Below, piece after piece: positions 50,907 through 64,000 of a stretch of 64,000 nt of DNA; position 1 is the first letter of the stretch, and the number at the start of each line of letters is the position of its first letter. The DNA comes from Vairimorpha necatrix (lineage: Eukaryota): assembly GCA_036630325.1 (NCBI GenBank), contig CP142726.1, positions 558,001-622,000 on the forward strand. Direction: 5' to 3'. Both the position numbers and the translations under genes were made by a program. The notes beneath the pieces were generated by a model. That model did not search any database, was not told where the DNA came from, and saw only the letters and a list, made by a program, of their open reading frames with translations.

Positions 50907-52229
50907 AATTTGTTTATTCATATTTCCTTCCCTTTTCGGCAATGTTTCCAAATACATTTAGCAGTCAATCAAATCTATCCATCTGTAAGAATATGATTGG
51001 TTAGTCTTTTATCGACTACAACAGTTTTTCTATTGACAAATTTTTGCAAATATTACTCATTAATTAATTTTGTTTGCATAAATAAATAATTTTTCATATT
51101 ACTCTTCATAAATAAAGATATCTAAAAATTTTTATTTAATAAAGTTTCTTTTTCTTCTCATGTCTCTATTTCTTTCTTCATATGCATCTCTTTATGAGTA
51201 AAGACGATTAACTCTCCGTCTCTCGTCATCCCATTACTTCAGAGATCTCCCGATCTTCTATATTTTTAAAGAGATACTTTTAAAAATCTTAAAAGAGCAA
51301 GAAATTGGATATACGCCTTGAAGAATATCGGTATGTCGAGTCTTCTTCGGTGCACTACATGAGTTTTAGGAACCACTCGTCTTATGTTAACACATACAGA
51401 ATAAGATTTATTTAAAGCCATACAGCAGAGACATTTCAACGGCAAGAACACCAAATTTTCTAAGTTAAAGATTATTTTATAAGATACTTTGTATTTAAAA
51501 AATTTTACAAAATGTCTAGAAAGACATCGAAGAGACGGTTAGAGAATTTTTTATCGTCGTAGACTGTATATTTTCTACAACCTATCAATTTTTGCCTTTT
51601 ATAAAAATGAATTTTCTAGAAAATTATTTGTTTTTTTAATTTTTCATAAAAAGAAAAGTGGACAACAAGAGAACAAAACGAGATGATTAGACGAAAAACA
51701 CGCTAAAAAGCTAACGCTTAAAGTAATAAAAACATTAAAAAGTGGTATTCGCTCGTAAAAAAAGGTTTCCCAGGCATCGCATTTTCCTACAAGATAACTT
51801 TTTGCAAAAGGGAGAAGTTTTGGTAAATCAACAACAAGGATTAGTGATAAAAAAATCTGTCTCGAAAAAAAATAACTAAATATTTGATTTTTTTAAGAAA
51901 AAAGATGATAAAATAAAAACAACAAACATAGAACTTATCAATATATACAAAGAAAGGGCGACAGTTGATGAAGAAAAAGAATTAGTCGACGAAGAAAAAA
52001 ATTTATAATATAATTGAGGACGAAAAAAGAGAAGATAGAAATATTAATAAATATATAGGAGATGCTGAAGTACATCATCTGGATATTACTTCATTTGTCC
52101 CCTCTTCAGAAATATTCAAAGTAGAAAATTTTGAATTTAAGATTGTTAAACAATAAAAACAGTCAATTCACATATAACTAACTTTTATAACAATAAAATT
52201 TTATCAAACACTTCAATAAACAAGTGGAT

Positions 52230-52532
52230 AATATCTTACATAGAATATGCCTTTGATTCAGAAATTATAGGTATCATTCATGGAATCCTTATAGAAAATC
52301 TCGTACAAGGAAAAAACGATATAGGGTTATCTGGTATTATCACGGATAACAAGAATTCGATAGATAATATACAGATCAATATCTTACATAGAATATGCCT
52401 ATGATTCAGAAATTATAGGTATCATTTATGGAATCCTTATAGAAAATCTCGTACAAGGAAAAAACGATATAGGGTTATCTGGTATTATCACGGTAAAAAA
52501 GAATTCGATAGATAATATACATATCAATATCT
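52230..52532 (+). repeat. Tandem duplication, 148-bp unit x2
   Basis: Units start at 52230 and 52378 with few mismatches; AATATCT at each junction. Confidence 0.93.
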
Positions 52533-52539
52533 AGAGTAA

Positions 52540-53460
52540 TGAGGTAATTGTCGGAAATGAAGTGGGTTTGAGAGGATGGAAATTAAAAACTAGGAGTTTT
52601 TTACTCGATATTTATTCAATAACAAAAAAACGAAAATTATAAGCTTCTACAATGCTCTTAATAAAAAGAGTCCTTTCAAACGAATGAGACGTTTGTGTTG
52701 TGGGGTTAACTGAATTTTCAAGAAAATGCAATATGGCAACTAATATATTCAAAGCCAATTTAATTAATGAATTAAAAAAACTTAAAGAACTAGAAAATAG
52801 TTTGTTGAAGCTTAACAGAAGATTCAATTTGGAAGTCTGAGGAGATTGTCATTTAATTGACGAAATAAAAAGAAAAATTATCTTGTCTCAAATGAAGCAA
52901 AAAATTGGAGCATTGAATGGGGAGAGTTTTTACTGGTAAATTTGAAGACATTTTACCAAAAAAAACTTCTATATTCTAACTAAAATTGTTGCCCGATGTA
53001 CACACGGCCATAAACTACTTTACAAGCAAAATTTTTGGGATAGCACGATAAGTACAGTATAACTAAAGTACACTATACACCACGCCTATCCCAATGAAAA
53101 TTAATGGACATTCACATTAATAATGTCATGCTAAAAATTGGAACTTTTGTTATTCCTCGCCATAACGAGAAATAATACAAGGGGCAAATTTTTGAAGAAT
53201 ATTTATAGTCATTAAATTAAATGTCAAAAAAATCATTTTTTTCGAACATCTCAATTTGTAACAAAAATTTGCAAAAACATTTATCTCTTTATTTAGCTGC
53301 TTTTTCTATTGTTTTTGCTATACCTGTCAAATTTTTGTTTGTTTGTGTGTATATAAATCAAAAATTGACATTTAATTTAATGTATTGGGGAAATATTATT
53401 GAGTACTAGAGCAGTATAGTAATATAAAACGAATACAACTAAAGTGATATTTAAAATATA
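52540..53460 (+). repeat. Dispersed diverged direct repeat (partner ~60860-61750); decayed coding-like
   Basis: Shared LKKLKELENSLL..NR segment and collinear downstream sequence. Confidence 0.7.
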
Positions 53461-54694
53461 TAGACAAAGGAAAATATTTTTAAAATACCAATGTGATGTA
53501 CGTAGATTCAATAATGATAGAGTTTAAGAAATAAACAAGTAGCAGCCGAGAGAAAATTTTACAAATATTTAGTCAAATCTCAGCATACTACAACGAATAC
53601 TTTTCTATTTGCACTTATTCTTGTTTTTTATTTGAGATGAAGAATTTAAATATAAAGAGGATTCACGTTGATCAATATGATACTCTTAAATGTATTTGCG
53701 ATGTAATTGCCAGCACCAAATGTGTAAATGTCAAAAACATCACATGCCAAATATTTCGGCGATGACGAGACAACACGCCAACAAACAAATAAACAAAAGA
53801 ATACTTTAGGAACATGCTATAAATAGAAAGAGATGAACAGTAATTAATTGTTGAACTAATAGTGAAATCTAAAATAAAATATAAAAATAAGTTTTCAATA
53901 AGAGGATGAAATCTAACAGAAATAAAAAAGCCGATACAAAAATGATTTTTCATTTGTTATTTTTTAGAGCTATTATGTAAACTGAAATTTTTGTTTGTAC
54001 AGATGAGAATACAAAATCACGTAAGTAATTTTTGTTTCTTTAAAAACAATATAATAAGTGGTAAATATTATATTTTATTTTTAAATCTTTTTTATTTATA
54101 ATTTCAATAATGGTCTGTAAAACAATTGGATTTTTTTAATATGTGACTTGAATTACTATATTGATGCAAGAAGTCATTAGTTTCTATTACTTATTATCTA
54201 TAACAACAATACACCAATAAGATGCTAAGGAGAAGGATGTGCCATAGATTTAAATCTATTATGTAAAGTTCAACTTTAAAAAAGAGATGATGATAATAAA
54301 AGGCCATTGTAATCTTTGGACATACACACTAAAATATTTTATTTATAAAGTTCCAATGAAGTCAAAGCGAGCTTTCATTATGAACGAAACTAGAAATGTC
54401 AATACTAAAAACATTATAATAATTAAAAATCATTACATTCATTATTATTCCTTCATTGTATCTTTTATTCTTCATGTATTTAATATATTTTTGTTTATTG
54501 TATTGTGAAATGGAAAATAAAAAAATACAATGTATACACAATGAATGACTATATGGAGAATACGATATGTTAAAAATACAAAAATGTAATAACCATGTAA
54601 ATAATGAAATTTGTATTTATAATATTAATTTATTATTGTTTAAAAAATATTTTGTTTTAAATGAAGTAATACTACCAACAAGAACGCAAAGGTG

Positions 54695-56222
54695 CCAAGG
54701 ATTCTGTGTTAAGAGATCCACCCATAAAAGAGATTTTGGTTCTTTTATATGGAAGGATCTCTTCTATTGATATAAAATATTTGAAATTTCTTATCATTTT
54801 TTTATAATTTACCCAATGAAAAAAGCGTACACTTTAAAAGAAAAATTAGTAGGATTACAAAGATTGCGGTAAAACAATGGGAATATAAATATGACTTCTC
54901 TAGAGTTGCAGATTACTAGGAAAATCCTTCGTGATTAAAAAAGGTCGAAGTTAAAATGTTAGGCCAAAGTAACATTAAAAATACTAAAAGAATGCGTGCC
55001 GGTACTTCTGCCAAATGGTCTACTCCTGAAAAAATGTTAGTGGATTAGGTGAAGAGTAGTGAAGAGAAGAGAATTATCTCAACTTACAATATTAAGTATA
55101 AGGCTTTTGAATAGCAGAGAAGTTTTCCTTTACAGATTTTAAGGCAAGTATGAGTTGGTTGATGGGATTTAAAAAAAGAAATCATTTTTCATTTAGAAAA
55201 ATAATATCTTTTGGACAAGAAGACAACAGAAGGCCTTAGGAGATTAAAGAAACAGTGTTAAATTATTTTGAAACCTTTAATCATTAATTTAACTGTATGG
55301 GCAGCCAAACAGTGGGGTATAATATGGATGAAACCTCTATTTACATTGATATGATGCAATCGCGGACATTATCGTTCACCGGCGAAAAAACACTGAGGCA
55401 TATACAACTGGAAATCCGAAGACAAGAATTTCCATCGTTATTACTAGTTCCTCAGAAGGTACTGTTTTAAGGGGAATGGGCATTTCAAAAGGCCTTAAAA
55501 CTCGCTAAAATGCCTTCTGCCAAATCATCTTCTTGTAGCTACATCTAAATCAAAAAACATGTATCAAAATCTGATGTTATTATGGATTCGAGCATGTTTA
55601 AAAAATATGGGCCATTTGAAAATAGAAAAAAAAACTTCTTATTCTTGACACCTATAAATCTCATTATACTGAAAACTTATGGACAGTTTTGCTAATAATA
55701 ACATTAACCACGTTTTAATTCCCTCCAAAAACTACGTCTTATTTACAGCCATAAATGTTTTGATAAATTCTTCATTTAAGGCCGAATCAAAAAGAAAATG
55801 GCAAATGGGTTGCAAACGGGCCAAAGGAATATACAAGTAAAAGTTATGGGCGTAGACCGTGCCGGAAATATATTTTGAATTCAATAGCGGATGCATTTAA
55901 AAAATAACTCCTAGAATAGCTTCTAAGGCTTTTATATGTGTGGAATTGATTCAAGCTTTCTTGAAAACAATACTTTTAATTTAAACAATAAACTTCAAGA
56001 TGTTCCTAATTGTGCTGAAATTGAAGACAAATGCCTAGACTGTGAAAATTTATTTAAGATTTTATAGAAATATAAAGGTTTATTATAACAAAGGGTTCAT
56101 TTTTTTAAATTAATTTTTTACCATTTGGCTGAGGGATGGATCTCTTGTACTAAAAAAAAATTTCTATTAAAAAGTCGCAAAATTCGTATTTTTAGGAGGA
56201 TCTATTAAACCTGAAACCCCGG
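54695..56222 (+). mobile_element. pogo/Tigger-like (CENP-B HTH plus DDE_1) transposon, decayed
   Basis: FKASMSWLMGFKKR, YNMDET, LILDTYKSH and TTSYLQP motifs; degenerate TIRs ending ..CCCCGG-TA. Confidence 0.88.
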
Positions 56223-58035
56223 TACTATTTTCTTACATAAATTTTTCTAAAAATTTTAAAAAAAAATTAAAGAGGACAATTAATAAAGTAACATCAAAAT
56301 AATATTTAACAGGGAAAAAATATCATGAAATTCATAAATTTAAAAAAATATGTTAATATGCAAACAATACATGCAAAAATATAAAAACATAGATACATAA
56401 AAATATAATAAATAAATGTTTAAAGCTGAAACATTTTTTTTCTATTACATGGCGCAACGGTATGAGCATGTTTTTTTCATTTCAAAACCTGTCTTGATGA
56501 GATACGATAAAAAAAATAAAGGCATTCCAAACCCTTGAAGACTTTGATAACTTCAAATATTAACTCTCTGAAACTATTAATGTTTTTATATATCGCTTTC
56601 TTTCTCTTGCATTAAATTCTTTATAGAAATCTAAGATAGTACTTTCTTTAAACCCCATGCAGTAATAATGTCACATAAAAGAGGAACCAGGGCTTGTCTA
56701 TTAGTTTTGTATCCTCTCCTACTTTGTTTTTAAGCGCTTCATCGTAATTACTACGTTTGATCGCCATTGATGTTTCCGCTACTACGGGACAGTAATTCTG
56801 GCCACAGTTATACATATCGTTTTTTTCCAAAAATTAAAGCCATAGTCTTATAGTCATGCTAGGTACTATTTTGATTTTCAATTCTAACGTTTAAACGTCT
56901 ATTGTCCCTACCAATCATATACATTTTCTATCTGCGTCGTTTTTTACCCGATGGAGATTATATAGAATTTTCCTTTAATAGAACAGTTTCATCGGTCTGT
57001 TTCACTTCTTCAACACCCTTCTATTTTTTTGGTAATTGATATTTTACTTTTCCAGTGCTTTGTAGATTTTTTTAGCCCTGTAGACAGTAAATCTAACATT
57101 GGGGATTTTTTGTTAAAGTTTAGTGTAGACTGCTTTACAGTAAATGAAGGCGGAATATAACAACTTTTTATGCATAATTCTGCAAGTTAAAAAATGAAGT
57201 GTTATCGAAAACTTCTAGTGTTGGTCCGGGTTCTTCCAATGTTACGATCCCAGTCCTGTTACAGTCTATGTACGGATCGTTCGGTGTTAAATCATTATCG
57301 TATGACAATTCGTATATTCTATAAAGATTTATAGTAGATTTCCCCCTCTAGCTTTATACGAATCATGTAGGCCTTGGAAGATTTTTACACTACTGTCGAA
57401 CGGCTTAGGCATAACAAAGGTAAGGTCTTCTTTTTAAGTAAAGATGGAGTCAACCTTAAACAAGGACCACAGATATGAGAACGATAAATTTATCCAACTT
57501 TAACCGTGAGATTCTATCCTAAAAACCTCTCTAAATATAACAATCTGAAGCGGCCAATTCCGCCGTATTCAATTGACTGGGGCCAAAAGAATGCTCTTTA
57601 TTTATACATCAAATTGCGTCCATGGAGCTTTACAGCTGATATACTTAACGGGCATGGTCATCTGAAATCCGAGAAGAGTCATAATCGTACTAACTCAAAG
57701 GGTTCTACAATCTAATATACTGCGCACATTGCATTTTTTACCACCTTTTGATGTAGGATTAATTTACTCGTCGTGTAATAAAACGTTGTAGGATATGTTC
57801 CACGAGACATTATAGACCATACTGCGTCTAGCCTCTTAATTAGCTCGAGGATTCGACTCTTAACACAGCTTCGGCTCTAAATACGCGTCCACACATCGGA
57901 TACTTTCATGTATCACTGTCACCACAAGGACGATACTTTTTCGGCCCTGAGAGCATTTTACACTAATGCCTATCCTATTATTGCAGGACGCGCACAAATT
58001 TTATTTAATATAATTTATGATTATGTGGACATAAT

Positions 58036-59594
58036 CGTCGGCTGTAAACAAGTCCGCCAACGTATTATAAAATATCTGAACCAATAGCTATTAAAAACGA
58101 ATTTTGAAGCGAACAAACTGCATCAGAAAAAAACACCACAAACCACAAACTAAAAGTTATAAAAATATGATGCATAATAGATCTTTTAAATGCACCATAG
58201 AGATATTTTAACTCTTTAAAGACAATTGAATGACATTAAAGACTTTCTAGATTTTTACTAAAATTTATAATTTCTTTAGTTTTAAGGAAACCCCCTTAAA
58301 ATGAAAAATGAAAGAAAATTACAAAATCAAAAAGAGAGATCTGTTGATGTAAAAGGCATCAAAAATAAACTACTGAAGATATCAAAAACTTACAATAGCA
58401 TTAAACTCAACCGGGACTCTCTTCATAAAATGGTCTTGTTTGTAAAAAATTGTAATGGAAATATAAGCATTGATAGTATATTAAATGATATATGTGCAAG
58501 TCAAGAAAACAATAATGGAGAAGCCAGTTTCACAAATTAAAATGCTATTTATATATGAAAACATAAAAAATATAGCCGCAAAAACTTAAAATGAAATTGT
58601 GCATCCATCTTCTTTAAGCTTGATGATTAAGAGAGACAATTACTTTCAAGCTTACATAATGAAAAAAAGAAGAATTAGAAAAATACAAGATGCAACATAG
58701 AGTTAAAGGAAAGCTAAAAATTATGACATTCCAAATGAGTAAATAACGACAAGATCAGATCTTAAAATTATCAACTGTGATAATTATTTTGGTACTGAAA
58801 AAGAAATAATGGCACGCCGGGCTGATAAAAATGCGAACAACCCCAAGAATAAAACCGTCTTTGCAATTTATGTGACATTCTAAGAGTCTTCTCTAGCCCT
58901 TTTGAGTTTTCGTAGTATTTTTTATGGATGAATATTCTATTATTTCCTTTTGCCAGAAACAGGTGGCAATTTATTGTATTTTAAATAATACTCTATGAGT
59001 GAAGTTGGAATATTTTTAGATGGTAACATATTTATTTAGATATTTTTTCTTTATATAGTTTTAAAGGAGTTTTTCCTTTTGATAGAAACATTTAATTGGG
59101 AGAAACAGATTGATCCTGTTTCAGAATGAACCAATAATAAAAGAAAATAAAATCATGTTATGTTTACATAACACTTTTGCTCATTTTCTGTTACCAAGAA
59201 AAAAAAATACAAAACATAAATTGAATCTTCCCAACTACTATTTGCTTTGACAAATATTATAAAAGAGATAGTATGTTACTGTACACAAAGCATTGCATAG
59301 CGTTTATTGTGACACCAGAATAAGATTTTGTGCATTTCATTATTCACAGTTTATTTTTAAAGCACAAATCAATAAGACTTTTTAACTTATACAAGAAAGA
59401 TACGATTTTTGAATTTACATAAAATATTTGCTTTGTATGGTATTCACTAGTAAAAAATAAAGATATTTTAAACGCTATAATATTTAGTTGGTTAATATGC
59501 AGAGGTATAGTGAAGATCTAATCAACGAATTTCTTAACTACAATATAACAAACTTTTAACAATAACTTTTTTGCTATAATGATATTAAAGATAG
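58036..59594 (+). mobile_element. Decayed MULE related to 33177-34916
   Basis: AAGTCCGCCAA terminus, collinear similarity, RIRFCAFHYSQ motif; truncated at a Merlin. Confidence 0.8.
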
Positions 59595-60670
59595 GGACCA
59601 TGGGAATTATACGACATATTTTGTCGTATAATACCCACTAAAATCAATTTTTCTTTTGTCCTTAAAAATGGAAATAAAACTTCAAGATTGGCACTTATCT
59701 AAACATTAGAAGCTTGTGAGAGAAAATGTGTTAAAGTTTTTAAGAAAAAACATATTACTTGATTGTTTAAGGTGTAAAAGTAATGTCATAATTTTTTAAT
59801 CGATAAGGTCAAGATACATGTAACTTATGAAAGAACCTGTAATTTTTATATAAAAATGTTTAAAAGCATTGTCGACTTATAACATACGCACTAACTCTTT
59901 TTTACGATCGAAATTTGATTTATCTGACGTCTGTACCTTTATAATTATGTGGCTAAAAAATAAAAATATAATATAAGATTTCAATAGTCATTGAATCGAT
60001 TGGCAAAAAACTGTTTCTAAAATATAGTCTAATAACGTAAGTAGTTTCAGAACACTTTTTATTTAGCTCTGTTCTGTCAGGAGGGACAGAATTGTATGCT
60101 TTTTAGGCTAATCATTTTTTGCTACAAGCAGAAATGTCATTATATTAATGTTTCGAATAATTAAGTGTAGTATGCGGTATCGTCGATACAACTTCATAGC
60201 TGCGAAAGAATATATACAAGTCTTAACTAATAGATCTGACGAAGTTCTGTTACCTATTATTAAAAATGTTTGTAAAGATTGAACTATTATACACAGCGAT
60301 GAATGGGTTGCCTACAAAATAAAATACAAAAACAATAGGCTATAGACATCAATAATAAAAAAATTCTCTTAATTTTGTATATTTTGACACAGGAGTAAAT
60401 ACTCAACATGCATAATCGGGCTAGGCTGGCAAAAATTAACATCAAAAAATGAAAGGCATAAAGAAATATGTATTGCAAAATCATTTTGATATAATATTGT
60501 CTAAAGATAGATATAAGAGCCGAGTTATAACAATTTTACTAGTGATGTTGTTTGTTGTTACAAATCTCTTGATTTTATTTGCTTATTTATCTTAGTCTGC
60601 CACATCTTTATTTTTTTATATATGTTATATAATACTTATTGGGACTTATGTCGTATAATACTCATGATCC
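59595..60670 (+). mobile_element. Highly decayed Merlin transposon
   Basis: TIRs GGA(C/T)CATG..ATTATACGACATA; IHSDEWVAY motif at ~60290; no TSD seen. Confidence 0.72.
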
Positions 60671-61770
60671 AATTTTTTATCAAGCAAATCGATTAACATG
60701 TTGGTAAAATCTAAAGAGAATAAGCCTATATCTCAGATATCATAGGCGCAACATGGAATTCTTTAAGAGAATTATTATGGACAAAAACATGTAATAGATT
60801 TATCCGGCATTATCATGGTGAAAAACAATTTGATAGAAGATATTCGTGTCAATGTTTTAAGTATTGCAATGATTGTGTGGAATAAAGAGGGCATAAAAGG
60901 GGGAATTAAAATGAGAAGCCTCTTACTCGGTGTTTATATAATTACAAAAAAAGAGCTTCGTAGCTTATGGAATGCTTTTAAAAAAAATCATTTCCACAAA
61001 CAAATCGTTTGTCTTGTGTGGGTTTTTTCAATTCCAAAGGAAATGCAATATGGAAACTAAAAAATTTAGAACTAGCGTGATAAAGGATCTAAAAAAGCTC
61101 AAAGAACTAGAAAATAGTTTATTAGAGCGTAACAGGAATTTCATTTAGAACTCAAAAGGGGGGAAATGTAATACAAGTGGCGAATAAAATTTTTTTTATG
61201 TCTCCAATGAAACGTGAGATTGGCCACTAAACGGTGGAAACTTTTGACTGGTAAATTTGATAAATTTTACAAAAAAAACTTATTATGCTCGTACTAAAGA
61301 GGATAATACGATTTAAAACTAATTATCTCTTGTTTGGAAAGCTAAATTTTTGGGGTTACTAATTAGTACAATACAACAAATTCACATTATACACAACATT
61401 GGGCCAATAAAGATTAACGTATGTTTTTATTATATTGAGTAATGATAAAATTTAAAAATTTTATTATATCCAGACAAAAAGAACTAATAAAAGGGGGAAA
61501 ATGATTTTTAAATCTTTAATAGTTGTTTAATATAATGCCAAATATCATTTTTTCTGAATATCTCAATTTGTAACAATAATTAACAGAATCATTTATTTTT
61601 AATATTCGATGCGCTTATATTTTTTTTTCATGCCTGTCAAGTTTTTGTTTGTACACAAATTATTACTTAACATTTTACTAAAGTTCTAAAAAAATGTAAT
61701 TCGGGATGCTGAAACAATACAGTGATAAAATAATTTTTATATATCAATATGGACAAAACAATGGAGCTAT

Positions 61771-62728
61771 GGCAGTCTGGTGGCCAAAAATCCCTTAAAA
61801 GGAATTTTTAAAAAAATCACCCCAAAAATGAAAAGTCAAGAGGAGGAACTTTTTATAATTTTTTTAAAATATATTGAAAAAACAAGCAAATCATGTATAA
61901 AATATGGTTTTATAAGTAAAAAATATAATAAAAATTTTATTTTTCGATGTACTTGGTCTAAATGTAGAAGTAAATGTCTTTATTAAAAAGCACTCCGTTC
62001 TACAATAACAAGCTTGGAATTAATACTATGTTTTAATTATTAAATTATGGTCTGTTAATGTAAAGTATAAAGCTATTGCGGAACTTCTTGTAATTAGCAT
62101 TAAAATTGTAAGAAAAATCATTTCTTTAACAGTAAATTCCACCGAAAATTCTTTTACGTTGAAACGGGTATAATTGGAGGACCTGGGATTGTTGTGGAAA
62201 TAGATGAAAGTAAGTTTGGTAAAGTAAAAGACCATAGAGGCCATAGGGTAGAAGGGGTTTGGTTTTTCGGAATGGTAGAAAGAACACCTCAAAGGAAAAT
62301 TGTGTTTGTTCCTGTTTATAATAGAAGAGAAACTACACTAGAAGAACTTTTAATTAAATATGTTCGCCCAGAATCTATCATACATAGTGATTGCTTCTCT
62401 TCATATTCTAGGTTGTGTTCAATTTTTTAACAACATAAGACGGTTAATCATTCAAAAAAATTTGTTAATAATAATAATTCATGCCATACTAATACTATCG
62501 AAGGTAATTGGAGCGCTGTTAAAAGTGAAACTTCCATAAGGCATAGAACAAAAAGATTAATAAAGAGTTCTTTGGTAAGACTATGCTTAGAAGAAATTTT
62601 GAAGGGGATTTGTTTAATAAAATTATTAAAATGATTTTTAAGTTTTTATTTTTTTCCTCTTGACTTTTCATTTTTGGGGTGATTTTTTTAAAAATTCCTT
62701 TTAAGGGATTTTTGGCCACCAGACTGCC
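61771..62728 (+). mobile_element. Merlin transposon with ~73-bp TIRs
   Basis: TIRs GGCAGTCTGGTGGCCAAAAATCCC..; VEIDES, HSDCFSSY, VNHS and HTNTIEGNW motifs; no TSD seen. Confidence 0.93.
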
Positions 62729-62761
62729 CTTTAACCCAAAACAATAATTGTTAAACATCAA

Positions 62762-63468
62762 TGTGGTGTATGTAGATAATCATGAGAAGTTTAGAACCCA
62801 AGAAACGTGCAAGTAGCGACCGAAATGATGTATTTCCAAATATTTATTTATAACTCGCCATATTAAAATACATTGAATTCTTATCTATACTAGTTCTTTG
62901 TTTTTCTATTTAAATAGAAATTTAAAAATTATTTATTTGATCAAAGTGATACTCTACAACGTATGCAATGAAGTATCTCCATCACAATGCCATATTTCAA
63001 GACCGACGCATGTCAAATATTTCATCGATGGCGGGGCATTGAGTCCTCGCACAATTAGCAAAAGAATACTTCAATAATATGCTTAAAAATATAAAGAAAT
63101 AAATACTTAGTAAAACATTGAACTAATAATGGAATTGGCGGGTTTATCCGAAAGTGTGCCAGTGGCAAGAAAGCATTTGATAATGCTACGGTTATGAAAA
63201 CTGCGAATTCCCAGGGACCGTGTAAATGTTCTTGAATATTGTTTATTGTTGATAGCGTCATAGACCTGACCTGGAGAGCGACTGTTGTAATTCTAAGGCA
63301 ATGTGTTTAGCGATAAATCCCGTTATTTATATTTGTGAGTAACCAATAGAAGTTAGTGTTACAGAATTGTCCACTAACTGAGAGAGGTGCTTGGCGTGTA
63401 TGAGATATGATCGGTGTTTCATCATTTATTGGTTACCATAAAACATGTGAATAAAATTTTTTACCACA
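62762..63468 (-). mobile_element. Probable solo LTR, distantly related to 8025-8373 and 36522-36855
   Basis: TGTGGT...ACCACA ends; shared ATGCTACGG and GAGTAACCAATAGAAG blocks; no TSD seen. Confidence 0.55.
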
Positions 63469-64000
63469 GAAATAAAAAATAAAAGCAAATTTCTTTAAGA
63501 AAAGGGTAGGATTGAACAGAAATAAAAAAACCATAATAATATTGATTTTTTATTAGTTATTTGGTAACTATTACAAAAATTTAAATTCCGTTCATAAATA
63601 CCAGCATGCTAAATCTTATAAATAATTTAAAATTCTTTTTAAACAATAGATAGTTTTAAAATATTATAGTCAAGTAAACACGCGGTTGCTTTTTATGATA
63701 TATTTTTTGATAACAAATTATAAAAACCCAGAATTTGATATATAACAAACCACCAATAGAAATATGTGTAAAATAATACACAATTTCATTAATTTAGATA
63801 AAACATGTTCGCCTTGGTAATTCTAGTACCATGACATATAGCGTTGAATTAATGACACTATATGCTTGTTAGACATATCCAAGCTAAGGGTTATTTGTTT
63901 ATAAAATATATTTAGGATAATAATTCACAACATCGCCGCGACTAGGTATTTGTACCACCTCCCCCCTCTAAAGATAGAACTCTTCCTTTTGATTTTACGT

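Overview
AT-rich eukaryotic transposon graveyard, most likely from a microsporidian. This is inferred from the CCC/GGG motif just before start codons, compact intron-less ORFs, the Ty3/Merlin/MULE/Tc1/pogo mix and a C2H2 finger of the type I recall from microsporidia. No intact host gene is recognisable. Contents: Ty3/Gypsy LTR retrotransposons (one fully intact at 25351-29450, two near-intact with 52-70 bp LTRs, several decayed copies and solo LTRs), nine Merlin/ISXO2-type insertions, four FLYWCH/MULE copies, Tc1-like and pogo-like elements, a tRNA-like relic and a duplicated C2H2 zinc-finger pseudogene. The main hidden structure is a ~31 kb inverted duplication (arms ~5902-21935 and ~22947-37097). 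Its symmetry axis is a Tc1-like transposon: the TIRs and TA target continue directly into the arms, and the transposase gene is the only unpaired spacer. The arms show stepwise identity, suggesting arm-to-arm gene conversion, and carry arm-specific insertions. A second notable system is a Ty3 group with 52-70 bp LTRs in which the last LTR base plus the tRNA primer-binding site form the gag start codon. All identities are by-eye estimates; no alignment or database search was run.
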